A stretch of DNA of 64,000 bases from a virus: the UHGV virus genome UHGV-0141541; one strand, written 5' to 3'. Positions 48,762 to 58,964 of the stretch are shown here, one piece after another. Numbering within the stretch: the first letter of the stretch is position 1; each line of letters opens with the position of its first letter. The notes under the pieces are model-generated. The model did no database searches. It saw only the letters and a program-made list of their open reading frames with translations, and was not told the origin of the DNA. The position numbers and the translations under genes were made by a program.

Positions 48762-50667
48762 AGCTGCGCCCCTCTTTAACTTCCAGCGTAATAGTTTCCC
48801 GGAACCATGACTTCATCTCTTTATGGGAGATAATCAGCACAGTACCTCGCTCGCGAGCTTTGGACTCCAGAATACCCATGAGGCGTTCAAGACCGGCTGT
48901 ATCGAGTGCATCGTCAATTTCGTCGCCGATAAACAAATCGATGTTTTTACTCGCCCGGTTACTAACCAGATCCTGCAATGCCAAAGAACACGCAATGCGA
49001 ACCTTCCGCTTCTCACCACCAGAGAGGGTCTGGAACGACTTACTTGAACCTTTCTTCTGCACACTGATGTTGAATTTGTCGCGATACTCACCTTTTTTAG
49101 TGACATCCATCGTCGACCACTCAGCAGTAATATTCCCGTCAGACAACGTATTGAGATACTCGGCAGTGCGTGTATTCAGGAAAGGCGTAACAGACGTCAA
49201 AATATGAGAACGCACCCCGGCAGGAGAGTAGACCTGACGAGCTTTTTCCAATAGCAACGTTTGTTCCTGAATAGCCTTCAACTCATCTTTTAAGGACTTG
49301 AAGGTAGACTTACTGGATACCAAGTTATCTTCGTGTCTGGCGATAAGAGCAATAAACGGATTAATCTCTTTTGATATACGATCGACCTCAGTACGAGCAC
49401 GAGTCACAAGAGACTCAATAGCAACAACCTCCTTCTCACGATGACGCAAAGATGAGAGTTGTTTCGTAAGCTCTTCAATCCGGGCAATGATAGCCGTTAC
49501 ATCAGGTGTCGTTTTAACAAGGGCAGACTCAATGCTTAACGCTTTCTCAAGATTCGTTTTGTGTTTAGCCATTGCCTCTGCAAGTGTCTTCGCCTGACCA
49601 ATTTCCTGACGTGCTTGTTCAATGAAATTCTCCTTCACCGTTGATAGATCTTCTTCGCAGTAGGCTTTGCCACAAGTAGGGCATGGTGATCCCACTTTAG
49701 TACCAACCTCTTCTGCTTTGGTCTTAAAATTACGCGCGCGGTTCATTGCATCAGCCTGACTATTTTCTGTAGCTTTGATGCTTGCCCGAATATCAGTTAT
49801 CGCACCACGAACTTTGAGCAACTTGGCGTCATGTTCTTCTTTTGAGGCTAACTTTTTGCGCTCACTTTCGATTGCCTTCTCGGTATCACGTATCTGTTCG
49901 GGAAGAGTGCGGATCTCAAGTTCAACTTCCGTTAACTCAACTTCGGCACTGGCCAGCCCAGCCAGGGCATCGTCATAACGTTTAGAACGCTCTTGCTCCC
50001 ATGATTCAGAGGAGGCTTTCGCTGACTCAATTTCTGACTGTGTTGCCTCAATGGTCGAGATTGTCGACTCCAATTTGGTTTTAACCACATCCATACGTGC
50101 GGCAGCTGCATTAGCTCGCTCACGAGCAATAGCGTAGGCGCGTGTCAGTCTGTCAACGCCAGCGGCTTCTTCTACGATGGTTTTGAGGTTTTTGTCGGAC
50201 ATTCCAGGTAAATCTGGCATAGCTTCTTGGCTCGCATAGATGGAAGCCATGAAAACCTCTTTAGATGCACCGATCAGACGCTCGACGAACTCTTGCGTCA
50301 GCGCATCTTTGCCTTTCGTCATATCGCCGTCTTCACCACGAACGATAAGCCGATTTTTGAACTCTTTGTGTTTACGGTGACGAATGATCGCATATCTCTT
50401 GCCTTCATCCTCGATGGTTACTGCAACACGACAGTTCTTTTCATGGTCGGTAGACAACACATCGTCACCCTTCACACCATGAGCTGTTTCGCCATAAAGA
50501 CACCACATCAGGCTATTCATTAGCGTTGACTTTCCAGAGCCATTACTTGATGCGGAACTATCATCACTATTAACACCCTGAATGAGCACTAAACCACGCT
50601 GATCTAACTCGACCTCCGCGCTGGCGATAGCCATAAAATTCTCAACCTGGAGCTTTAAAAACTTCAT
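48751..50667 (-). CDS. sbcC: SbcC/Rad50-like ATPase
   Basis: 638 aa; N-terminal Walker A GSGKST, central coiled coil with CPTCGK zinc hook, C-terminal signature SGGEKRK and Walker B IGDEID. Confidence 0.8.
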   Translation of the reverse strand: MKFLKLQVENFMAIASAEVELDQRGLVLIQGVNSDDSSASSNGSGKSTLMNSLMWCLYGETAHGVKGDDVLSTDHEKNCRVAVTIEDEGKRYAIIRHRKHKEFKNRLIVRGEDGDMTKGKDALTQEFVERLIGASKEVFMASIYASQEAMPDLPGMSDKNLKTIVEEAAGVDRLTRAYAIARERANAAAARMDVVKTKLESTISTIEATQSEIESAKASSESWEQERSKRYDDALAGLASAEVELTEVELEIRTLPEQIRDTEKAIESERKKLASKEEHDAKLLKVRGAITDIRASIKATENSQADAMNRARNFKTKAEEVGTKVGSPCPTCGKAYCEEDLSTVKENFIEQARQEIGQAKTLAEAMAKHKTNLEKALSIESALVKTTPDVTAIIARIEELTKQLSSLRHREKEVVAIESLVTRARTEVDRISKEINPFIALIARHEDNLVSSKSTFKSLKDELKAIQEQTLLLEKARQVYSPAGVRSHILTSVTPFLNTRTAEYLNTLSDGNITAEWSTMDVTKKGEYRDKFNISVQKKGSSKSFQTLSGGEKRKVRIACSLALQDLVSNRASKNIDLFIGDEIDDALDTAGLERLMGILESKARERGTVLIISHKEMKSWFRETITLEVKEGRSYVV

Positions 50668-50896
50668 ATAACACCTTTGATACCGTGTGTTAGCTTTTGA
50701 CCTTCTTTCAATCTGAACTCCGTATGCGCCGGGAAGGATCTGCGCCTCAATACGCCTTTTCTGGTTAACCTTCCAAGATAAAACGCTACGGGATTTCCTT
50801 GTGGCGGGTAGGGCTTGTGAAACATCACCGTCTGGCCTCGTTCAAGTCTTTTCATCGTGATGGCAAAGTCTCGAAAGCTCCCATAACGACTTTGCC

Positions 50897-51982
50897 TCAC
50901 ACAGCCTCCGAACTCTCCGCTTCGGTGAGGATTTCCTGACACAAAATATCCAACTTGCTTAGATCAAATCCGCCGTCAGTATCGTGGACAATCTTGCAAT
51001 AAGCAGATACCGACTCTCCCAGGCTATCGATTTTGCTGGTTTCCGTTGTGCTTGCTGTCCCTTCCATCATTGATGACTTACGGATGAAGTTGCACACGAC
51101 ACCTTTTGCACCCATTGTTTTGAGGATGTTCTGGTACTTAATGCCTTCTTCATCGTTCTCAATTACGGCGCGGAAACGCACGTAGTTGCCGCGAATTTGG
51201 TCATCGGCAACATAATCTTCCAGGTTAATGAATTTAGGCGCACTGGTTTCGTAGTGACTGAAACTGCCGTCCGGGTTTACGATCATGTAACCAGCCAGAG
51301 ATCCAACATCTCCCCAATTTTGATGGGTCAGCGCACCGACACTGATAACTCCAGGAATGACCTCTTTGTGGTTGTGGTAATGCCCACTAAGCACGAGACG
51401 AAAGCCGATATCCTTTAACTCCTGCGCATCGATACCGACGTCAGGCATTGTTGGAATGGCTTTGTTAATGGATGTATGGATAACAACGTCATGATTATCA
51501 CCTTCTACGCTCTTACGTAATGCTTTCAGATCGCTGATAAGCTCTGCATGATTGTTACGCCAGCTAATCAGGTGGACAGTCACATCACCAATTTTTATTG
51601 AGTGTGGGCGTTTGCCACATACGATTACCACGCCGATAGAACTCAGCGATGCTGCTGCGTTGGCGCTATATACTGAATCGTTGGTTTCAAGATCGTGATT
51701 ACCGGCCAGCATTACTACTGTCAGATCAAGCTCGTTGATAATCCACTTGTACGTTTCAGTTACGTAATGCAAAACAGAAGGGGACACAGTTCCTCGGACG
51801 TGAAATGTATCACCGGCAACCAACATGTACTTACAACCGGCCTTCTTCATGGCGATGGCTGCTTCTTTCGTTGCTTCCAACTGTATTTCAAGTCTGGAGT
51901 TAAGCCCCTCTGCGTTCGTCGTGGAGAACGCATCCCATTTGTGGTAGTGGCAGTCAGAAATGACGCCGTATGGCAAAGTCAT
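50897..51982 (-). CDS. sbcD: SbcD/Mre11-like nuclease
   Basis: 361 aa; calcineurin-like phosphoesterase motifs ISDCHY, GDTFH, GNHD, GHYH. Confidence 0.8.
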   Translation of the reverse strand: MTLPYGVISDCHYHKWDAFSTTNAEGLNSRLEIQLEATKEAAIAMKKAGCKYMLVAGDTFHVRGTVSPSVLHYVTETYKWIINELDLTVVMLAGNHDLETNDSVYSANAAASLSSIGVVIVCGKRPHSIKIGDVTVHLISWRNNHAELISDLKALRKSVEGDNHDVVIHTSINKAIPTMPDVGIDAQELKDIGFRLVLSGHYHNHKEVIPGVISVGALTHQNWGDVGSLAGYMIVNPDGSFSHYETSAPKFINLEDYVADDQIRGNYVRFRAVIENDEEGIKYQNILKTMGAKGVVCNFIRKSSMMEGTASTTETSKIDSLGESVSAYCKIVHDTDGGFDLSKLDILCQEILTEAESSEAV

Positions 51983-52236
51983 GTGTTTTTCCTTTGTGGT
52001 TATTTTGATACAAATTTTAAGAGCAATGAGAAGGTAAACAACTATGCATAACGGTATGTTAGGAATGAAACGAACGTCTTAATATACAAAATTTATAAGT
52101 AAGTATATACCTATTTGTTGTGACGCAACTTTGCTTGTCTGTATAACTAAAAATAAGACAGGATCACTGTAGAACGCTATGAGAGCTATTTTGAGGAGGC
52201 GTAGATTCTATCTACGCCAATATACGATCTGGAGGG

Positions 52237-52881
52237 TTACAGCGCGTCAGTGGGCTTTTTACGCGCTGCGTTTATGCTTATGACGCCAGCTTTTGGACGT
52301 GGGTCAACAAGGTTAAGCTCTTCTTCGCTGTGGTATTCGAGGTCGAACTCACGTTTTACATGTCTGATGTAGATTGCGGTGAGCAGGCTATCTTTGGTCA
52401 GAAAGTGTCCGTAGGATTTGCGGATCACTTCTTCTACCTTCTCGATTTTCTCACCACCCATACAGAGATGATTAAACCGGCTGTGTTTCCGCAACATTTC
52501 GTCTACTGGGCCTGAGTAAACCTTGTCTACTTTCCCAAAACGGATGATTTTCCCTGTGTCTGCGGATACAAGGCAAATCAGCTTGTCTGGTGATAAACGA
52601 TCTCGCCACGTCACACCTGAACGGAGTGTGTTGAAGTAGGGTGCATCCAATCCGATGATCGGTTTACGAAATGCGAGCAATGGAACGTACCTGATGCAAC
52701 TGTTTAAATGAAAGTTCACACCAGCCTTATCAAGTTTAATTCTGGTTTCGTAGATCGGGCACTTCGCCGCTATACCGCAGATGTCACAAAGCAACTTCTG
52801 CTTATTCAGGTTGGAATTTGATTCGATAGTGTAGGAGCCGTTTTCAAGACGACGAACCCAGCGCGTGCGTTTTAGATCCAT
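52237..52881 (-). CDS. hypothetical protein with putative zinc ribbon
   Basis: 214 aa; CDICG...C cluster. Confidence 0.5.
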   Translation of the reverse strand: MDLKRTRWVRRLENGSYTIESNSNLNKQKLLCDICGIAAKCPIYETRIKLDKAGVNFHLNSCIRYVPLLAFRKPIIGLDAPYFNTLRSGVTWRDRLSPDKLICLVSADTGKIIRFGKVDKVYSGPVDEMLRKHSRFNHLCMGGEKIEKVEEVIRKSYGHFLTKDSLLTAIYIRHVKREFDLEYHSEEELNLVDPRPKAGVISINAARKKPTDAL

Positions 52882-53081
52882 ATGTCATTTTTCTGTGATT
52901 GTTAGCCGAGGCAACGATAACTCACCAGGTGCGCCGAAGGTAGTAAATGCCTGTTTTAATTATTCACATATCCACAGGATAGATCCTAATAAAGAGATCC
53001 ATAGATAGATCCTTGTATAGATCAAATAAGATCCCCGATCGCTGTAAGCCGCGCCACGACTGGTCTGAAGCCATGTTCATG

Positions 53082-53182
53082 TATGCTGCCAGCGGTAATT
53101 GATAGTCTGTCAACGGTTCGCCGTATGCTGCCAACTGTTTTTGGTATGCTGCCAGCGGCAAATCAAGTATGCTGTCAGCGGT
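53082..53182. repeat. iterons upstream of rep (4 copies, consensus TATGCTGYCAGCGGT)
   Basis: copies at about 53082, 53123 (degenerate), 53145 and 53168. Confidence 0.75.
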
Positions 53183-53202
53183 TGAATGACAAAGGTGTCC
53201 AC

Positions 53203-54297
53203 ATGTCCACAAAAAATAAAAAAGGTAAAAATAACAAAGAAGTAGAAGATAATCTCGACAACTTTGAAGAAGGTTCCCTTGAATTGTACACAGGGGAACT
53301 TGTCCCTAATAGCAACAATACAGTCCAACCAATTGCGTTGATGCGGCTGGGGTTGTTCGTGCCCACGCTCAAGGGGACAAAATACAGCAAGCGTAACAAG
53401 CCAAATGAGATCGATGCTTCAAAGGAGCTTGTTCAGCTCGAAGTAGCCCGTTCTGAAGGCTATTCCGATATCAAGATAACCGGTCCTCGTCTCGACATGG
53501 ATCATGATTTCAAAACGTGGGTGGGCGTTGTGCGTTCGCTGGCAGAATACGGCGAACCTAACGGTCGTGTCGAGTTAAGCATCACGAAATTTGCGAAGTT
53601 TTGTGGCTATCCATCGTCACAGATCCGCAAAACACTCCGCGACCGGCTTACAAACAGTCTTTTGAAGATCATGCGTACAACTCTGTCTTTCCAGAGAACG
53701 TATGAAGAAAAGAACGTCGACGGCTCTAACAAGATCTCGCTTCTGATGGTGCACCTCATCAATAGCGTGGACTACAACGAGCAGAAAGATACGGTGGTGT
53801 TCTATGCAGAACCGAAGCTGGCCGAACTATATCGCTTTGACCATAAGGTTCTTTTGCAGTTAAAGGTTATCAATAAGCTACCACGCAAAGAAACAGCACA
53901 GGCTCTGTACACCTTCATCGAAAGTCTTCCAACCAAGCCTGCGCCGGTATCGCTTGCTCGATTGCGTGCGCGACTCAATTTGAGTAGCAGGAATGTCAGC
54001 TCGCAGAATCAGACTATACGTAACGGCTTAAAAGCTCTCCAAGATTTGGGCTATCTCGAATATAGCGAGATTAAGCGGGGGCGGTCGATCTATATCCAGA
54101 TTCACAGCCGCAATCCAAAACTCAAAGTCGCACCGCCAAAACCTGAAGACATCGAACCCAAAAAACCAGATGAGAAAGCCGGGGAAATTGATGCTAAACA
54201 GAACATTATCAACAAGATAACTGAACTTTCGCAGAATTTGACGCCTGAAAATATCAAGATGATTGAGATCCTTTCCAATAGTCTCAAACTGCTTTGA
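53203..54297 (+). CDS. iteron-binding replication initiator (RepA-like), putative
   Basis: ORF track 53083-54297; start moved to MSTKNKKGK (RBS AAGGTG) because the N-terminal extension is encoded by the iterons; flanked by iteron arrays. Confidence 0.6.
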   Translation: MSTKNKKGKNNKEVEDNLDNFEEGSLELYTGELVPNSNNTVQPIALMRLGLFVPTLKGTKYSKRNKPNEIDASKELVQLEVARSEGYSDIKITGPRLDMDHDFKTWVGVVRSLAEYGEPNGRVELSITKFAKFCGYPSSQIRKTLRDRLTNSLLKIMRTTLSFQRTYEEKNVDGSNKISLLMVHLINSVDYNEQKDTVVFYAEPKLAELYRFDHKVLLQLKVINKLPRKETAQALYTFIESLPTKPAPVSLARLRARLNLSSRNVSSQNQTIRNGLKALQDLGYLEYSEIKRGRSIYIQIHSRNPKLKVAPPKPEDIEPKKPDEKAGEIDAKQNIINKITELSQNLTPENIKMIEILSNSLKLL

Positions 54298-54298
54298 T

Positions 54299-54830
54299 AT
54301 GCTGTCAGCGGTGAAATGTATGCTATCAGCGGCTATTTTCCTGAAAAGTATGCTGTGAACGGTTAAAAGATATGCTACCAGCGGTATAGTGAGATAAACG
54401 TATGCTGTGAGCGGTTAATCATCTATCACCACTCAATGCTCTGTCATACCTCCCCAGTGGTTACTAACCTCGAAGAGTGCATTCCATAAAGGTTTGCGCT
54501 CACTAACATTCTATTGCCATTGCGCTGATTGCTTGTAGTGAAAGGCATTTATTGCCTGCTGCTCTCTGATAGAACGTATGCTGTCAGCGGTGTTTTATTG
54601 AGGAATTTTTGTTTGGATATGCTATCAGCGGTAATTAATGGTATATGTCAGACCTTCGTATGCTGCCAGCGGTAATTTTGTTCTGGTTATACCCATACCG
54701 GGACATATTATTCATGCAATGTCTTAAGTATGCTGTCAGCGGTAAAAAATCGAGTAAAGTATGCTGTGAGCGGTGAGATAGACTCTCGATATGCTATCAG
54801 CGGCAGTTGATTGTGTATGCTGTCAGCGGT
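54299..54830. repeat. iteron array downstream of rep (about 12 copies of TATGCTGYCAGCGGT)
   Basis: copies at 54299, 54319, 54349, 54371, 54401, 54577, 54617, 54658, 54729, 54760, 54789 and 54816, irregularly spaced. Confidence 0.8.
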
Positions 54831-54877
54831 GACGACTATGAAATATGACTGCGGCACGTGCCGCAGTCAGTTTGCAT

Positions 54878-55090
54878 TTAGTGTATTTTCTTCAACAGAC
54901 CCCAAAGTGTTCCGGCTTTTGTAGTCAGTTTTCCTGTTTCTGGATCGTACATACGCCATTCACGCCGCTGGTGGACGATATACCCATCTTCACGTTCCAG
55001 ACGCTCAAGAATGCCAGGCTGCTTGAAACCCTTAGCACGCCAGTATCCGGTTGTTTTCTCGATTTCCAGACCTGCCAGTGTTAATGCCAT
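54878..55090 (-). CDS. hypothetical small protein
   Basis: 70 aa; followed by perfect palindrome GACTGCGGCAC/GTGCCGCAGTC at 54848-54869. Confidence 0.4.
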   Translation of the reverse strand: MALTLAGLEIEKTTGYWRAKGFKQPGILERLEREDGYIVHQRREWRMYDPETGKLTTKAGTLWGLLKKIH

Positions 55091-55425
55091 TATCCAACCT
55101 CCTTGCAGTCATCGAAAAGGTAGCTTTGCTGAGAAGCGTGAACGCCATAGAAGCCCTTGTATTTGTTGTATACGAAGTGGTCTTCTCCGACGCCGGTTAA
55201 TTTGCCATTACGGTTTGTGAGATATGGGGATGACAATACTCGATCGTCTCGCACAACATAGAACTGGTCGCCGCTGTCTACGACCATCGCGCCATATGGT
55301 GCTTTTATGACGTCGGTAAGAGCGCCATTCTTAACGTCGGCTACAGACATTTCACACTGATAAACAGTGGTGTCGGCCACAACGATCGAAGAAAGGAACA
55401 ACAGCGCGAATGGGATGGCCTTCAT
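55090..55425 (-). CDS. secreted protein (signal peptide)
   Basis: 111 aa; N-terminal MKAIPFALLFLSSIVVA; RBS GAGGTG. Confidence 0.5.
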   Translation of the reverse strand: MKAIPFALLFLSSIVVADTTVYQCEMSVADVKNGALTDVIKAPYGAMVVDSGDQFYVVRDDRVLSSPYLTNRNGKLTGVGEDHFVYNKYKGFYGVHASQQSYLFDDCKEVG

Positions 55426-55601
55426 GCTGCCACCTCTTTGATTACATCAAATGCTGAATTAAATACGAGCACGATAGCCAAAGCGTTTATGACTACGTCG
55501 TTCACCGGGGAAAAGACTTTACGAATGACACCAGTGAAAATGCAGTCGATGACAAAAGCTATTGACACGATGAGTAACAAGTATTCAATAAAAATCTTCA
55601 T
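55422..55601 (-). CDS. small hydrophobic membrane protein (not in ORF track, 59 aa)
   Basis: translated by hand: MKIFIEYLLLIVSIAFVIDCIFTGVIRKVFSPVNDVVINALAIVLVFNSAFDVIKEVAA; stop overlaps next start (ATGA); no clear RBS. Confidence 0.4.
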   Translation of the reverse strand: MKIFIEYLLLIVSIAFVIDCIFTGVIRKVFSPVNDVVINALAIVLVFNSAFDVIKEVAA

Positions 55602-55640
55602 GATAGGTAGATACTAACTTATATAAATTTTACTGTAAAC

Positions 55641-55916
55641 TCACTCAAAAGTGCTGATGCTTAAAATACGCTCAAGATGTGCGGCATCTTCATCACTGAT
55701 TTGTTGAGTCTCTTCTACGTACCAACAGTTGCCGTTATGCCAACAAACACCATCATCATCAATCATCACTGAATCAGCGTCATGACCTGTATATTCAACG
55801 AGAATACGCTGGATCAGCGCGTCAGTTTCTTCGTCGTTAAGGCCATCGGCTTTGACCATAAAAAGCGGAAACACGTCATAGACAGTGCTGGTAACGATTC
55901 GAACTAAAACTCTCAT
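55641..55916 (-). CDS. hypothetical acidic protein
   Basis: 91 aa ORF. Confidence 0.45.
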   Translation of the reverse strand: MRVLVRIVTSTVYDVFPLFMVKADGLNDEETDALIQRILVEYTGHDADSVMIDDDGVCWHNGNCWYVEETQQISDEDAAHLERILSISTFE

Positions 55917-55971
55917 GTGTTTTTCCTTTTGTGGTTAGTGTTTACTTATTTTGTTAGTTATGAATAGGCGA

Positions 55972-56397
55972 TCAATCTTCTTGTTTAGGGAAAAACTGTT
56001 CAATAACTCTGTCAACGGCTGTGTCTATATGGAGTAGATGCCACACAACCATATCTTTGCTTCCCATGCCTTGTGTGAATATCACGTCATACTTACGCCA
56101 TGCGCAGTGGAACCAATATGCTGAGTCATCAATTGGTAAATCCTCTCCCGCCTCTTTGAAGTATTTCAGCAGCATTGCCTGCTCTGCCGTTGGCGTTGGA
56201 CCTATTTCCTGAGCGTACATACGGATGAATCGCTGCCAGTCTGTCTCGTCGGGGGTTGGATCTGGTGGGGTCATTTCTGCGATAGCGTTTCGTAGCTGAT
56301 GCGCCCAATCAGGTTCAGGAAAGCCTTTTGCTACTTCATCATCAATAACATCCAGAGCCACGTTTGCAGCATCGTAGAGTTTCTTAATAGCTGTCAT
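55972..56397 (-). CDS. hypothetical protein
   Basis: 141 aa ORF preceded by motif family 1 copy at 56414-56445. Confidence 0.5.
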   Translation of the reverse strand: MTAIKKLYDAANVALDVIDDEVAKGFPEPDWAHQLRNAIAEMTPPDPTPDETDWQRFIRMYAQEIGPTPTAEQAMLLKYFKEAGEDLPIDDSAYWFHCAWRKYDVIFTQGMGSKDMVVWHLLHIDTAVDRVIEQFFPKQED

Positions 56398-56488
56398 GTT
56401 TTCTTATCCTTTCAAACAAATTGTTTTCTTAATAAGATAATTGCGATAAAAAAGGCGTCCAACTGGACGCCTGAACTTTTTAGGGGAG

Positions 56489-57319
56489 TTATTTCACTGT
56501 AATGAAAGGAGTGTTAGCCCCTTGAGTCATGTACTGCGGTAACTGGCCATTCCATTTATTGATGGCTTCCAGTTCCATAACGTTCGGGTTTTGACGCAGA
56601 GCTTCACCGCGCAGACGAATGGCGTCTGCTTCTGCTTGCGCACGAGCACGGATAGCATCAGCTTCACCATTAGCCTGTTCACGTAGCATATTCGCCTCAG
56701 CTTTACGTTGTTCAACTTCCTGCTGACGTTGCAGAGTACGCTGGTTAGCCGTTACTTTGGCGTTGATCGATTCAATGACGGTTTTTGGGTAATCAGGCTT
56801 TCCAACCCATGACAGGCTCAGTACCTCAATACCAACCGGAGACATCTCTTTCTGAATATCTTTCAGTGCGTTGTCCAGCAATTGTGCCTTACCACCGTCG
56901 ATAAATGAGTCAGTGGTCATACGGCTGGCCAAACGGTTTAGAGAGTCGGCAATTTTCTGACGCAGATCTGATTCGGTGATATCGTCTACGCCTTTGCGAT
57001 AGGTCTGGAACACCGTCGTTACCTTGTCACGATTAACCAGATACGCAACGCCAATTTTGTGACCAATAGCAGTACCGTCACTCATCTGGAATGTGAACGG
57101 CTCGTCGTAGGTCTTCATTTGTTTGAAGGTCGGAAATACGTAAAGTTCGGTGTTAAGACCTGTCCATTGGCGACCAACGCCAACTACTTCACCAATCCCT
57201 TTGTCTTCACCTAATTTGTTTACTTTGATGCCAACGTATCCAGGCTCCACGCGATCACAGCCAGTAAGACCCATTGTGCAAATAGCCGCCAGAGCAACTG
57301 CAAGTAAACCTTTCTTCAT
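56489..57319 (-). CDS. SPFH/band-7 domain lipoprotein
   Basis: 276 aa; lipobox LTGC; C-terminal coiled-coil region typical of prohibitin/HflC-like proteins. Confidence 0.65.
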   Translation of the reverse strand: MKKGLLAVALAAICTMGLTGCDRVEPGYVGIKVNKLGEDKGIGEVVGVGRQWTGLNTELYVFPTFKQMKTYDEPFTFQMSDGTAIGHKIGVAYLVNRDKVTTVFQTYRKGVDDITESDLRQKIADSLNRLASRMTTDSFIDGGKAQLLDNALKDIQKEMSPVGIEVLSLSWVGKPDYPKTVIESINAKVTANQRTLQRQQEVEQRKAEANMLREQANGEADAIRARAQAEADAIRLRGEALRQNPNVMELEAINKWNGQLPQYMTQGANTPFITVK

Positions 57320-57322
57320 TAC

Positions 57323-57523
57323 TTATTTCCCCTTTGCTTTGATTAATGAGTTAATAAATTTACGACCAGCAATAAGACCGATTACAGGAGCACCAAAACC
57401 AACGATAATTCCAAACATGACGGCTAAATCACTCTTGGTAGAAATCAGCGACGGAACCAGTAAACCGTAGATGAGAGCCACTGAAAGGCCTGTGGTTACT
57501 GCCAATAGATAGATTTTGATCAT
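57323..57523 (-). CDS. small two-TM membrane protein
   Basis: 66 aa, two hydrophobic helices, immediately upstream of the SPFH gene. Confidence 0.45.
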   Translation of the reverse strand: MIKIYLLAVTTGLSVALIYGLLVPSLISTKSDLAVMFGIIVGFGAPVIGLIAGRKFINSLIKAKGK

Positions 57524-57615
57524 GTGTTTTCCTATGTGGTTGTTATGCGAAAATAATAAGTAAGTACTTATATATTTTCAAGAGATAAAAAAGGCGTCCT
57601 GTGGACGCCTTGTGT

Positions 57616-58689
57616 TTACTCTTCTACTGACTCGGTGGGGGTGTCTTTTGCTCTCCGGTCGTCGATTGCCTGCAAAGCCGCAATGATTTCAGCTAGTGGC
57701 TTCTCCCGATACATCTCGACGATCTGTGATTTGGTGTATTTCTTGTCGCCAATTTCTACTCGACCGCTTGCGTTCTTTGGCAGGTATCCTTCATCCAGCA
57801 TGTACTCGACGAGCGATTCGATAACGTCGAGGCCACGAGTAGGATCGAAGTAGAATTTCCAGGTGCACTTGCCATAAGGTGGTGCAACTTTGTTTTTGAT
57901 GCACTCTGCGCCTACGTCCTGACCGATCTTCTCTTTACCATCCTTCATCACCGATGCACCGAGACGGATGCGCACAGAAGCGTAAAACTTCGGCGAATCG
58001 CCACCTGGTGACGTCGTAGGGTCGCCAAACATTACACCGATTTTTGTGCGAACCTGATTCAAGAAGATGATGCAGGCGTTGTATTTGCGTGCCCACAAAG
58101 CCAGAGTGGGGAAGTTCGCACTCGTCGCACGAGCCAGCGCCGTATTGTCATTCATGTTTAGCTGATCTTTGTCTTTGGCAGTGCCTTCAGCCATCTTTTC
58201 GAACTTCTCGGCTTTGGAGTTCGGAACCATAGACGCAAGTGAGTCCGCCACGATACAGATAGGTGCTGATTCAGGGATAAGCTCTTCATCACGTACCAAT
58301 TTAAGTATTGTGCCGATCAACTCCACAGAGTCTTCGAAGGTATCTGGCTGCTTGTATACCCACTGGCCGTCATCTTCATCTGCGTTCAGACCATTGGCGA
58401 CAGCCAGGCCAACGTCAAAACTGTTCTCATGATCGAGGAATACCGCCAGACCATCTTGTTTCTGAGCGGAGATCATTGCTGCCGTTGCCAAAAAGGTTTT
58501 CCCCGCGCTTGGCGGCCCGAATACTTCTACGATACGACCACATGGGAAACCGCCATCGTAACGACCGGAAATCGCTTTGTTTAACGGAGGAAAGCCTGTG
58601 TCAATCCAATGAGTTACTTTCTGTATTTCGTCGTTGCTACCGATTTTCTTTTTCAGAGCAAGTGCCAGTGCGGATTTTCCTTTTGCCAT
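57616..58689 (-). CDS. RecA-family recombinase
   Basis: 357 aa; GRIVEVFGPPSAGKT Walker A in RecA-like context, Walker B region IVADSL. Confidence 0.75.
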   Translation of the reverse strand: MAKGKSALALALKKKIGSNDEIQKVTHWIDTGFPPLNKAISGRYDGGFPCGRIVEVFGPPSAGKTFLATAAMISAQKQDGLAVFLDHENSFDVGLAVANGLNADEDDGQWVYKQPDTFEDSVELIGTILKLVRDEELIPESAPICIVADSLASMVPNSKAEKFEKMAEGTAKDKDQLNMNDNTALARATSANFPTLALWARKYNACIIFLNQVRTKIGVMFGDPTTSPGGDSPKFYASVRIRLGASVMKDGKEKIGQDVGAECIKNKVAPPYGKCTWKFYFDPTRGLDVIESLVEYMLDEGYLPKNASGRVEIGDKKYTKSQIVEMYREKPLAEIIAALQAIDDRRAKDTPTESVEE

Positions 58690-58691
58690 GA

Positions 58692-58964
58692 TCAGGCTCC
58701 TTTTGTTTCGTTGATTCGTTTTAAAGCGGCGGATTCGTCGAATACAATCGCATCGTGGTTAAGGAGTCTGGATACACGAGCGAGGATTTTTACGACCTGC
58801 TCGCTGACTAATCCAAACTCGCGATCTGTCGCTTTCATTCCGGCAGCGCCTAGAATTGACGGCAGCGCGATGACAGCGTACTCACCGTGATAAAAGACAA
58901 TCTCCTTTGCCAGTTGGGCAGGGGTGGTTGTAGCGCCATTAATAATTGATTTAAGCATTAGCAA
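58692..58964 (-). CDS. hypothetical small protein
   Basis: 90 aa; short overlaps with flanking FEN and RecA-like genes. Confidence 0.4.
   Translation of the reverse strand: MLMLKSIINGATTTPAQLAKEIVFYHGEYAVIALPSILGAAGMKATDREFGLVSEQVVKILARVSRLLNHDAIVFDESAALKRINETKGA

Noticed and set aside
50664-50942. 92-aa Arg-rich ORF between the sbcD-like and sbcC-like genes
   Set aside because: Overlaps both neighbours, Arg/Gly-rich composition typical of an off-frame artefact; not called, though the 230-bp gap could hide a small gene.
53083-53202. N-terminal 40 codons of the rep ORF as given in the ORF track
   Set aside because: This part is encoded by the upstream iterons themselves (MLPA = ATGCTGCCAGCG); the start was moved to 53203, which has an RBS.
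53082-54830. Possibility that the TATGCTGYCAGCGGT repeats are a CRISPR array
   Set aside because: Repeats are 15 bp with irregular spacing (5-160 bp), flank a rep-like gene on both sides, and no cas genes are present; iterons fit better.
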